Source of the DNA: Phoronis australis
Taxonomy: Eukaryota > Animalia > Phoronida
DNA length: 64,000 nt
Assembly (NCBI GenBank): GCA_002633005.1
Contig: NMRA01000041.1
Location: forward strand, 1,268,611 to 1,332,610
Direction of reading: 5' to 3'
The translations under genes and the position numbers were made by a program. Position 1 is the first letter of the stretch. Every line of letters begins with the position of its first letter. Below, in pieces: positions 1-13,200 of this stretch. Below the pieces are notes generated by a model that was not told the origin of the DNA, made no database searches, and was given only the letters and a program-made list of their open reading frames with translations.

Positions 1-3000
1 AAATGTTTGAAGAAATATCTAGCCAGACGGGAAAATAAAATTGCCCTCCTGACATGGTCATGGGTTAAAAAGTTTGGAGATACGGCCCGCGCCGTGTAAG
101 GTCTTTTGACAAATTACTAAAATCTGCCGCTGGCATGCCACCGTCATCTACAGTCCGAAGGCGGTAAGCGTCGATAGACGAGGCAGCCATCTGATCGGAT
201 TTATTGACACCAATGAGAGTCGGTCGTTGTGTAATAATCAAACACACGTTTCGCTCGAAATCAATTTTCAGGAAGAGGATATATAGGACTTAACGTTCAC
301 CTTAACAATCAAAAAGGAAAGACAAAGGCTACAGATCGGGGTTCGGAAATGGTTAGAGATTTTAGAATACTTGAAATATCCACAACATTATTGTAATTTG
401 AACTATGGAACAGCCGTTCTGCCGGATCACCTGACCCTCCCCCCCGCCCCCCTCATGGACCAACCGGTGCTTTTATTTTTTCAAAAAGCAGCCGACAACA
501 TTAAAAGTGGTAAAATTATCGGATGCACACAGCTAGGATGTCTGCAACAGGATCAAAAGGAATTTCAAAATCTGGCAATCATCATATCTTGTCATGGCGT
601 CAGAATCGTAGAGAGATTTAAAGCTTATTTTGAAATGAGGACCCGCTGTCACGAATTGGATAGATGTTGGGTAAATTTGTGACGCGACCTCCTCCACTAG
701 AGATCAAGTAGGTCACGCGCTAGAGGTGCTGATAACTTAAGATAGGACTTGAACAGACCGTCAGGAAGGGCATGAACTTAGCAGGTTCATAAAACTGGTG
801 CCTCAAGCGAAAATCACTCAGCTGAGAACTGACGTAGCTCACGCCCAAAACATGATAACAATTAAATGAATACGGCTGCAGTTCATTCAATTATAACGCC
901 TTGTCGCTTCATTTTGCTATTTGTATATGTTGAGCTCCGCAACTTTCACTTACTGCAGCAATGAAAGCTCCTACATCACCGACTGTACCAAACCTAACAC
1001 TACGTGAATCTTGTTACTCAGTATGAGAACTCTCCGTGTGTCGCGGGAAGACTCAATTAATTCGTGAGTTGTAACCCAACGGAACAAAAGTGTCCTTCTC
1101 GGTGAACTTTCTCTATCATGATTCTAATTGTTGAGTTGCACTCGCCAGACTGAGTAGCTTAACCAGCCAGCGGCATGAAATTGCCCGTTTCAAAAACACG
1201 TCACGTTGAAAAAAGCACGTTGTACTCGTTCTCTCGAGTGCTGTCTAGTTGGTAGTTTTACAGTTATCATTTGTAATCATTTATTGTCATGGGATTCGTA
1301 TTGTTCTCTCCTGTACCGCGCCGGAAGTGTGAATTGATAATTCATGAATTCTTCGTAATTTATCGAAACGTCACATTAATTATGGTATGACTGTGGTTGG
1401 CGAACTTAATAACGTTTTCTGACTATGCAGAGCGTAATTCTTAACAATGAAAAAGTTCGTTATTCAAGGACGCAGGGCATTATCTTCTGCTAAAGTCCCA
1501 TGACGGAGGACGTAACTTATCTTAACACGTGTTTATGAGTTGTGATCAGGAAACTGAGACAAATGTTAATTAACTCGTTTAAAATACTGGATTCCCGTGG
1601 CAGATATCCACATAAACAAATTAGTGTCCACCTACCTTGATACTGTCAGAAGTCACTCAGTGCAAGTCAGCCACAGTATTTCCCTACCGATGTTTCTACA
1701 CATATCCGCAAGCCTGCTTTCTAATTAATAACACATCGATCCGCATTTTGTCAGTCTCTGTTCACGCCCGACTATCAAACGATCCAAATATTATAATCGA
1801 TTAAACAAGAGCCTCGTAAATTGCTAATGGCGCCGTCTAGTAGATGTGTGGCGAACTACAGGTACTGTGGAAGCGGAGACTATTCTTCAGTGCAGGGCTT
1901 TCGATCGGTTACTTCAGTCGAAAAACGAAAATCAATAAAACACGCATCAAAATAGATAAGTTTAAGAACATAGTTCAATCCGATAATCTATTGTTTTGTA
2001 TCTAAACCAATGATGTTTTCAGCTGGTTTACGCCCTAAATGAACTACACTTGTATTGTACATTATTCATTAACATCATATAAGAGAGCACAATGTCACAA
2101 TATTAGTGTACATATTTAACAGCTGAAGTCAGTGACCTTTTGGGAATAACAACCTCTGAGCGTTGCCTTTAATAAAACCGCAAATTTTCCTGTGTACTGT
2201 GTGTTCAGCCAAGAGAAACGACTGATCAGTCATATTTTGATGTGAGTGAGGTATTGACAAGGTTGGTGTTCATTTCATTGATTTTATTGGTTAGAAAAGT
2301 GATTTTCTGAAATTAGTCCCAAGGCGCAACCGAACCCGCAATCTCGATCGCAGTCTAACACCCTGTTGGCGAACCTTTTCGACACGTCTGTTTACTTAGG
2401 AAAATATTTACAAAAATACTGATTTTAACTCAGTAAAAGTTTATATTTTCTGAAAATGGAAAGTCTGTAGATATGGATTTTGGATTGTTTACCATTCTTT
2501 GGGTCACTTGACCATGCCTTTTATTAAAATTTGTCGAAAAAGAAATTTGCGTTGATAGCAAGACAGCGGCACCCGAATAATATGACGGAATTTCATTTTA
2601 TAGAAATGTTCAAGAGGAAATCTCAAAAATTCGGTTACAGTTTTCCGATTTATAGATTTGTTTTCGTTTTATACTACGTTTGTGTTTTATCGTAAAAATC
2701 ACAAAAGTCGTATTTTTGTAGATCCTCATACGATGAACGAAAAGTTTTAAAAACCATCCCTGACAGCCTTGTAGAAGACTGCTTAAAGAATAGTTTCATG
2801 TGAACCTGATCAGCCATTTGTGGGAGTTGATGCTGCGAGGTTCGACAAATTTTTCTACGGTTCCTAATAAACTTAAATGGTGTTATCACTTTAAGTGCGT
2901 ATAACATGTTTCTGAAAATATGGTGGCAGACGACACCGAGAATTTGTAATAAAACACAATGAATTTTGTTGTTAATAGCTGTGATCAATCGGTCTATCTC

Positions 3001-6000
3001 TTCCGACAAAAATCGCACTGAAAAATGTGTTTTAGACGTAAAACCGAGTAGGCGTCATGAAAAATTGGGCACTGATATACCTAGCCGTTCTGATCACTCT
3101 TAAAATGTCCATGTCTGGAATCACATTTTTCCATTGTAAGGAAATATGACGGAAATCAATTTCATCATATGAGTAAACGTCTTTCATTAGGTTGCGGATC
3201 TTGCGAGAGCGTATATGCAGGACGTCCATTTTCTTCGTTTCGTCTCCACGTGCCGCAGGAGATCCACTGCATGATGTTCGTCAGAGCATTACTACGAAGT
3301 CCAAAGAACGTTCATGGTACTTCTGGTATGCCGCAGTCTCTTTTACTCACTGCCAGTGGAATCAGACGCCCCCTTCCCCCACTCCCTTTCCGCTAAATTG
3401 GCGTATGGAGACCTATTGAAAGCAGTTGGCTAATACTACTTGTATTTACTTGCAGTTCTATTATATTAAATTTTACTTGTCGGCGTTGAGTTTCGTGCTT
3501 GTAACTAACTGCATTATATTTTCCACCTGGTTGGTAACGTATACTTGTTGGGACATGTTATTTAGTTGGATCTAGTTGTAATTTGTTTAATGTCTACTAT
3601 CTAAAGTTACATGTACATTGATAAACCAAGCGAGAAATTTCTTTACGTCTCAATTTGTTATGTGCCGGTGAAGCGTATTACACTTCTACTGAGCAATAAA
3701 GAAGACATTACGGCTCAGACATTAAAATTAAAACCACGACAGCACAGCATTGCTAGTGTATGATACTTTTTATATATCTTTGCGAAAAACATTTATAAAG
3801 GGATTATTGTTTGAAATTTTTACAACATCCGTGCAAGTGTCGTGTTCACCAAACAGATCTGGCTTTGCAAGCACAGTGCATGTACACTGTTTATGAAAAC
3901 TTTCATGGTTGTTCACGTGTATTTGGTAGACTAGAAACGATATTTTCATCGATAATTTTCAAATTCCAGGTTTAATATTAAAATAACGCTTAACAATCAA
4001 TGAAATTTAAATCAACTTAGTTATCTGGTACAGTAGTGTTCTCGGAACACAAGGTTTCCACGAATCTCAAGTTGAATCGTTGCGTAATTCATTAATCTAC
4101 GCTGATCCGTGTTCAAAAACCCTCCCAAACATAGGACAACGTTATTCAATAAGTAAATTTGTTTTTATAGCTGACGATATTATCTAGTATGCAATAACAT
4201 TCCGATCAAGTTTGAAAACATCGCACAATCGGTTTGAGGACTTGCTAGAAAATTGAACGCGGCGGCGTGAGCTAGTATTATAATTCCATTCAAATCGGCG
4301 GCTTTGACACCTTTTGGTTACCTGTAGTGGTGTCCTACTTATTTAGTAAATATCGTTTATCCAAATTATGAAATAAACAAGTTGAACAAGTTCATTTGTT
4401 TATTAAGGGAGAATGGGTACAGTGTATCATGAATGTAATTTACAAATTACCAAATACAGTAGTTTTATATTATAACTCACCAATACGACGATCACACACC
4501 CACAGAACTGCTGCTTAGGGCTATGTTTATTTTCAGTTCCCGAATCCTTAGAAGGCCCTGAACTTATGTTGAAACCAATTGCCATTATGTATTTGGTTCA
4601 TGAAAATTGGTTTAAAAGCCGTTTGTTTTGAGAAACTTGCATGCCGGACGTATCTTTGAATGCATTGCGTAGAGGCTCAAACTGAGGTTTCCAGCATTTC
4701 CAGCATACGCATACATGTACGCTTATCCATGACGTCAAAACGTAACTTGCTTCTGTTCTGTATCCTCGGCTGACTTATCTTAAAATGCGCGCTCACCACA
4801 TAAAGTTTCAGGACTCCAGTTTGGCGAATGAGAAGGATGAAATTCAAATTAAATCAAATTTCTTTATGTTAATCGAAAAAAATCGTTACGTTTTACCTAA
4901 GTCGGTGCTAAAATACCCAAAGCCAGGCAATTTTATAATCTAATAGCGGAAAATTCAGTTTCCGGTGTACTCAAGAAAATCTAAAATATTGTTTATCAAA
5001 AACTTCAACATGCTTGTGGAAAAAACCCACATTTCTGTGAAAGCGAGATAAGGTATTGTTTCAATTCCAAATAATTCAAAACTAATCAAAAACGCAAAAC
5101 ATGGATTCAGCAACTTTAAAGCACCTATGAACCTCACTTGCACCACTTTTGGTTTTAGCCAATATTACCGTTATGAAACTGGTCTCAATTTGCTCTGGAG
5201 TCAAATTGTAGAGTGATTCCACCCAGATCTTAGAAAAAAGACAATTCTTAATGGCTTCAGATCATGGCAATATAAGCGCGCCAATCATTGTCTCGATGAA
5301 TAACGAACCATCAGTTCTTTGCAAAACCAGATATGACTTCACATACAAGTAAAAAACACGTGAGACCAATTTCATAGCGGTAAATGATCTAAACCAAGGG
5401 AGTTTATAGCGCTCATATCACCCGCATCAGTTTCAGCCAATTAGGTAACGATTTTTTATACTCCCACTAAGTCACGCAACGCAATTTGAAACGCCGTGGC
5501 TTGCCTATGAGTACAGAACTTCAAATAGGATTTTGTAATATTCCCACATCTACTTAATTCGAGCCGAAAGCCGCTATGGCAACTAAATCGATTGACATTT
5601 CTTTAGAGCAAGAGTTTACGTCGTATTGAAAGTGATTTGTGTTTTCAACCCATGTCAAAATTTCAACAAAAGCGCCATGGGTATTTCTGAATCCATGGCG
5701 GCGATCTGTCAACCGCGGCCGGAACCGGACGAAATGAAGTCAATTTGGGTTAAACCGCCATTGTTTTTGCTTGTTTAGGGTGCATTTTTTAAAAGGTGGA
5801 CAACTAAAAAATACCGCACCACCGTACGTATTCTGAAAAAGCAAAGACTGGAACAAACTATGTTTTTGGTCTAATGAAACAAATCCAAAAGATGGCGCTT
5901 AGTTCAAGTCATTTACGAAAATTTGCCCTTTGCATGCGATGTCAAGTAACAGCCACAAGCAACATGCCGTGAACTTCTTTTGCTACCTATGATGGTTAGA

Positions 6001-6045
6001 ATTAAAGACAGGTTCCCTGGATACACTAGTTGGAATAGTTATGTC

Positions 6046-6697
6046 TTATCCCATACGCGTTGAATCTGTCGAGGGAAATACGGCCACGTAATAAAGTTTT
6101 CCGTATTCACCTCCCGCACTACTTCAACAGGGACCTTTGGCATGGACAGTTCCAATGGTAAGTCAAGGTGGACTCGACGTCGTTAGCCGGTTCGATCACC
6201 AAACGTTTGGAAAATAGTTTAAAGTAATACAATTATAGCAGTGTAAATAACGCTCAACATACAATCAGGTCTCAATCGTAACATCAGGAACAGGACTGTT
6301 AATTATATGACAGTTCTGTCTCAGTTTTCATTTGCTAAATATTTTATCGTCTGCAACTCAGGCGCCGATCCCTCGGTAACTACAATATCAAATATTGTTG
6401 TTATTTAACTATTTTCAGGAGATGTTACAAGTTCAATGAAACGTTATCCTTGTTTTCATCTTTGTTATCTCTTTTCAAGTAATAAATCGTCACATTTAAA
6501 ACTGTTTCTTTTACTAGAGAAAACGTGCAGCCTAATGCGCAAGTACATGTGCATACATATAGGATGTGATCCGCCACGTGAACCGCGGAAAAAATTAAAG
6601 AAACTTAGGAATTCGAAGCGTATGGGATAAATACAAAACGTACCTCGATTGGCGTACATGTACATGAAGTAATATCTCACTCGACATTATTTCGCGT
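6046..6697 (+). repeat. Interspersed repeat, left copy of an inverted pair (partner 17766-18410)
   Basis: 6046-6629 aligns by eye as the reverse complement of 17840-18410 (e.g. ccgtattcacctcccgcactacttcaacag). 6627-6697 matches 17766-17832 in direct orientation. Confidence 0.9.
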
Positions 6698-7157
6698 TAA
6701 CAAACATCCGGAGTACCTATATGGATTCAAGCTGACCTTTGCATATCGGTTTTGAAACCAAGGTGAGAATGTGACGTGCACGCAAGTTTTGAAACGGAGA
6801 ACTTGAAAAATGTATGATTTCATGGGATTTCAGAACGTATTTCAAATATTTTGAAGAATCGTATTGATAACAATATGCACTTGGTTAGTGATAAAGGTAC
6901 GTGTACTTACTGTAAATGGGCATAACTGTGCAAGTAATGAAATGTAGTTTGCACTTTTCTCAAAGAGACTGACAACTTAAATTCTAAAACTTTTGACAAG
7001 TTTATTTTCAAGCAATAGTCCAGTCGTTAGCAAAACCATTTGTTAGTTTGTAGGCAGAGCAATTCCTGAGTTCGATCAAATCTGTGGTAAAACATACTCC
7101 GTGCCGGGAGGCGCGTTTGAAGGACAATTGCGATCAATTTTTACGTCTTCATACGTC

Positions 7158-7256
7158 TCAGAAAAGTAGAAGACTTCTTCGCATTTCGTGTTCTTCGCCG
7201 TCCTTGTCTTCCTCTTCCTGTTTGTTCAACTCGTACATTAGTTTAGGACTGATATC
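7158..7256 (-). CDS. DUF3105/TP53I13-like last coding exon
   Basis: ttttag|DISPKLMYELNKQEEEDKDGEEHEMRRSLLLF*; AATAAA on the minus strand at about 7001-7006. Confidence 0.75.
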   Translation of the reverse strand, partial: DISPKLMYELNKQEEEDKDGEEHEMRRSLLLF

Positions 7257-10200
7257 CTAAAAAGCAAAAACAATCATGCATGTATTTGATTTTGCTTATA
7301 CTTAGTGCACGTTCGTAGACTTAAAAACAGGACATGGAACATCACCGGTAACGTGAGTCTCCGTAATGTAAAGAGAAATTTAAAATACTAGTATTTAGCG
7401 ATACAGTTTGTTGTATTACTGAAATGCAGATGAATCTGCATGATTAATGACACACGAGTTAAAGAAGATCACATTTAACCGACAGCCATGTGAATATTAA
7501 ACAGGTTTCGAACACGTGTTCCATAAGTACATGTCCCATCATTTTTGATGAGAAAATAGAATTGACAATTAGTGACTTTGTCCCAGGAAGCGGCGTTGAA
7601 AGTATTGCATATAGGCACTCAACAACGTCTTCATCATCAAGCTTATACAAACTTGACCGGGAGACAACCTGAACAGAAACCTTCAAAGTTGTCCTCAGGT
7701 ATGCAAAAACACTTGTTGCGTAAGCAGTGCTCCGTCGCCAGAACCCATACACATTCGTTTTCACCTCTCTCACTGCCTGCCTCTACCATGTCAGCAAGCA
7801 GCACAGCACCTTCGTAACTTACCGGGTTATGAGGGCAGATGACACTGTCCTTTTCGTCTGAGACAATTTGGGAGTGCTCAATGAGGGTGTCATTGAAGAA
7901 TCCGTCCAAATACACAACAAACTCATTCGTCTGCAGTCCATGCATCTACGGAAAGCACAAAATACGTCATCGAGACAAACAAGCACGCAATTCGTTATAA
8001 CACTCAAAGATAGTATACGTTTTATTGCTGAGGAACATGTAAACACGGGCCAGCAGACGCACCAGAACTTAACAAATGATGAAAAGCAATTTTTTTCTAT
8101 CTTCACGTTTTTCTTGCTTCCATGGTTGCAAAGAAGCATCAACTCTTTTTTGTGGCGTAGCGCGCTATTGGCCAAGTAAATGAGAAAAAATATCTCAACA
8201 AGTCAATTCGCAGTATTGTAGGCAGACTAGTAAATCTTTTAGTAAGTCACGCAGTATCCAGTCAGCTAGCTGCATCAAAACTAACTTTAAAATATGCACC
8301 ATATCTTAGCACCAAGGCTAGTAATAAAGAAGTAGTTCTGTACGACAAAGTATCAAAAACATACATCCATAGGTACTCTATACAGCATTGCAACGTGCAC
8401 ACTGCACTCGCGTTTACGTTTTCGCTTCCAAAGTGTAACTGGGTGTACATGGGTACGACGTCTGGCACGTTCCAATGAAGACTGAGACGCGCAAACATGC
8501 CACGACTACGTGTTTGTAGGGATAACGGGGAATGAGCAATTACAAAAAAATCACCATGAGATGTCCGTAATCGAATGTCAGTTTGGAAGAGGTTAAAGGC
8601 CTTGTAGTGTTGTTTTCTAAATCTTCTTTTGCAAAAGTGTGTTCCTTGCGGGCGGAAGTTCCCAGAAAGAGACGCCACGAGAGTGGCATGTTTTTTTAGA
8701 AATTAGATTGAATCGCATGATAGCATTAAACGTACGTGTAATTCTTACCTTGGTGAAAGCAACGGCCAAGTCTATGTCGGCATGTCCCAACAGCAGGGCG
8801 CAACCCCACGACAACAGAGCGTATGGCTGTAAATGGCAACAGATGTGGAGACATAAATCTCAGATCAATAAACTTTTCTCCAAAAGTGATTCCAAAATTG
8901 ACCAATCACGTCGCATGGAATTTCAACGTTTACCTGAAGCTTTTAACGTGATTTTTCAATATTTCCGTACATCGAAAGTGCATCCTACCGTTCAGTTTGT
9001 CAGGGGAAAGAATTATCAGTGGCAGTGTGATAAAATTTGGTATCACCTTGGAGATCCTTCATCTCGGTTGCTAAGATAATTGTCTCTATTTTGGCCCCTA
9101 CCCGTCATATAGGACATTTTATGGCATATATTGTCGCACGCGACACTTACAGCCATCACGGCGACAACATTTTGTGAATGTGCCAATAAATGCCTTCGTC
9201 GTTCACGTAGCATGTTGGCACTCCCGGCACGTATTGTCGCGCTCCCTGTTGGGGTCGACAATACGAGTCATATACGACAATATCAGCCGATTTCATAAAG
9301 GTGGTTTGAAGTTAAACCTGGTTTAAACTGGACTTAGACCAGGTTTAAAGATAATCTGCATTTCATAAAGGTGGTTTAACTTTTAGACCAGTGGTCTAGT
9401 AAAACCTGGTTTAACTCCAGTTTAGACCTGGTCTAAGTCCGTTTTCATTTCACCAACGAGGTCTATATTCTTTAGACCTGTATTAAGATCTTAAACCATG
9501 TTTAACTTTAAACTTGGTCAGACCCAGGTTTAATTGTTAAATATGTCAGACTTGCATGGTATGGGTACAACTGAATGATGCCGCGAAGTGCATTTGCGAC
9601 ACAGATTGAGAGCGAAAATGGACTTTTTTCAATATTCAGCTTTACTACGACACAAGATCAATCATAGCAGAGGCGGATCTAGGATTTTTAAAGGGGGGTC
9701 AAGGACTTTTTGAAAAGGGAGACCAAGTCAACAATTAGAAAATTATAGATTTGATATCACTAAAATCAAGGGAAAAAACGGGGACTCCGGACCCTATGAC
9801 GCCCCTGGATCCGCCTATGCGTAGACCAGTACGTGCTGGAGTGTGTCCTGCGAATTCCTCAGAATACAACTGGTCGAGCAGGTTGTCATCGTTGTAAGTG
9901 CTACAGATTTGACTAAAGACAGCATATTCTGATTTTTCTGAGTTCCACCTCCCCTGTTTTCTATGATTTAATGTTGCCGGGAAGGGGTCTTGCCCCCCCT
10001 TTGGCCGCGAAAAATAAACACTAAAATGACACGGAAATAAATTTTTAGCATTTATCATGTTACATCTAATCATGAGGATGTTCTTTAATGTGTGTGTTTT
10101 GGGCACAGAAATTAAATTTTTCCTCATGAGAAAAGCTTTTAGACCTTTTTCGTAACTGTCTGCACTGATTCTACTAGTGTATGCCATTGTATACCCACGT

Positions 10201-13200
10201 GATTAAGGTTTCATTGAAGCACGTCAATAGTTTCTTTGTTGGGTTTACCCAGCTCGACACAGTGGGGTGACTTTAATACTTTAAACCTGGTTTTACTGAA
10301 CCAGCTTCCTGGTCTAGCAAAACCAGGCTTTCATACTCTTAAACCAACTTGGTGAAATGCAAGTCAGGTCTAAAATTAGACCAGGTTTAGGAAGAACAGG
10401 TTTAAGACTTAAACCTGGTTTTGTTAAACCACCTTTGTGAAATCGGCTGTATATGTCCACAAGAGGGCTCCCCTATGCTCTGCTTCCTGAAGGACTGGAC
10501 AGTAGTTTGTCAATGCGCATGACAAGTCTTACTAACGTGTTCATCGTCCAAGAGGTCAGTGGCACTGATAATGTGACGAAACATGCATCCTTTCAAGACG
10601 TCTTTCAGTTTTTGAAGCTCCGCCTTGTCAACACATGGATCGTACAACAGAGCAATAGCCCCGTGCTGAAACATAAATTAAAATTGCATTTTCAGCTCGT
10701 AACGAACATTATTAACGCCGTGGCGGCTTTACGACATTCCAACTGTATACATGTATTTATTAAGTTTCATGGTACTTCCTATTTTGTAACCCATAATTTC
10801 AAATCAAGTTTTTAACAAGTTGAGATGAAATACTGGACTATAGACTACCTCCAGAGACCAGAATTCCGCGAGCATTACGCCCGCGGGATTCCAGACTGCT
10901 CCCAACACTCATTCTTATCTGGTTGACAAGATCAATGAATTCTTTCTTCCCCCTAACGCAACGTTTGCATTCAACATTTGAACGGGAAAGTAGTCCAAAC
11001 AAAATATATCGAAATCATCAGGTTGTTTGACAAGGTTAAACATTACTTCACCACAATTTTTCACGACAGCTTTTTCGTACAATGGAAATATAAGACAAAG
11101 TAATTAGCATTATGAACTCCGTATTAATTCACCTCAAGTGTCCTAAAACATCCGGATTACCTCGGCTATTTTCGAACTGTCGAATATACCAGTCGGAGGT
11201 GTGTCCTGCGGGTGTGCGAACTTAAGTCATACGGCAAGACACGAGACTTTTAAAGAGGAAATTGGTTGGTCGTATGACAGAAGGACGCACCTGCCGCAGA
11301 AACGAAACACCTCCAAGGCTAGATCTGAGACACCCTAAATACCAGAGGTGTTCCAGATGGTCCTAATGAACTATTTCTTTTTTCACGGCAGCTGCCGGAG
11401 TGAGACACATATTATCTCCGAGTGAACAGATTTTTCTCACCTCCAAACCGTGGAGATATCTTTCTGGTGGGATGTACCTGTACTCTCCGTACTGCGGCCA
11501 GACTGGGCGATGGGGTCCACTGAAATAAAGACGACTTCCTTATCCGTTATTTAAGTTGACCAGGTCAATAAAAGCGGCTGCACTGCTAGCTGTTCAGTGG
11601 TGCAAAGTTAGGATAGAACTGTTTTACGGTATTGCAATGTTACAAGCATGCAATAATGTGAGCAGTTCACTGAAGCAAACCAAGACTCAAACGGTTTGAG
11701 CTGTTAACGTTACAACTAATGCAAATGACGAATATAACGCTTTGGTGTGTTAAAACGTTACAAGCGTCACACTAGTAATAGATATTCACTAAATTAAACC
11801 ACGAACATCACGGTTCGATGTGATTAAACGTTACAAGCTGTTCACTAATGTAAAGCGCTAATGCGTTAACTGTTTTGCGGCGCTTAAACGTTATACAAGC
11901 GTCACCCTAATATCAGATGTTCACTAATGCAAAGCACAGATTTAACGGTTTTGGGTGCTAAAACGGTTCAAGCGTCACACTAACATGCTTTCTAATGCAA
12001 ACCACGAATATAACGGTTTTGCAGTGTTAAAACGTTACAAGCGTAGTAGTGGGAGAACCACAATGAAAGTGCCACCTTTTTGACTCCTTAAAATCTTCCA
12101 CTCCAACAATCGCTAACTGCGTTTAAGTTGTATACTAAACCAGATTGTCTCCAGGCGGGAAAGTTTTACCATGTCGGCTTAAATTTAGGAACCAAACCAT
12201 GAGATGCCAGGTTACCATTCTATGCAGACTACAAACTGGGTTGTACTAGGGGTTTCGTTATACTTTTGCGGATACCCCGATAAAACAGCCAACCCGTCTA
12301 ATTGCAGTATATCAAGCAAGTCTATTAGACACACAATAAAGGGCAGACGTCTTCGCTTACAACTTACCTCACTGGCAAGTGATCCGGGTTTGGTGGTACG
12401 TGCTCAGAGGTACAGTAATGAATAGGCTGCAAAAGGAAAAGGACACAAGCAATTAAACTTTCATTTTTGGGTTGTGTGGTTTTGTCAAAACTTGGTCAAT
12501 TCCTCGGCAACGGTGTGGACAAAGATTGTTGGGAATCTTGAGATACAGCGAAACTTGTGGGGCACTGCATGGCTTTGTGAAGAGCCAAAACTATACGATC
12601 ACATTGTGTGCTTATGATACTTTTTACGACTTCACCCTGCACCCAAAATTCAACATAAAGTGTATGGTCTTACTAAGAGCTGTAATTAAAGCAAACACGA
12701 TATAAAATAGAGGTATGAGGCATAACTTATGTCAAACCTGCTGCAAACCCGCTGTCAAATAACATTGCAGGTTTAGATTAATATTTTGCCTTCTTCAACT
12801 GAAATTATGGAATTGGTCTTACTCAAATCAGGCACGACTCTCGGCGGGGTTGGAAGGAACTGATTGTTCGTTATTTTATAACGTCATTCTCAGAACAGTG
12901 CGTTGTCGCCGTCGGTCATTTTGTACGCTGACCAATGCTTAAGTGATAGCAAGCTAATTGTTTTTTTCTAGACATAGCCCAATAATCATTTCCTAGTCAG
13001 TACCATCACTGAGACCTGTTGTCTAGCGGTAAGTGGTCTAAAGATCCGTGCTTTTAGCTGAAAGGGAGTTAGGGGTAGCTTGCGCTTGCTCTGGCGTGAA
13101 TTTAAGTAAGATCCAATTCCAAGACCATTAGGACTGTTTCTACTACAATGTAGGCCTATAAAGCAGAGATCGACCAGAAGAATATGCCCCTGAACCTTTA

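Noticed and set aside
65-247. ORF containing MAASSIDAYRL as a gene start
   Set aside because: It ends in a stop without a donor and sits next to a CCTTAA Kolobok-like end at ~300; no family recognised.
7643-7822. Cys-rich tail of ORF 7643-7945 (CLRNKCFC...CSGC) resembling a zinc finger or transposon protein
   Set aside because: Intron read-through past the GTAAGT donor at 7821-7822; only 7823-7945 is exon.
9735-10187. 150-aa ORF as a Harbinger transposase
   Set aside because: No DDE or Myb motif is recognisable, and the ORF runs through a nested MITE.
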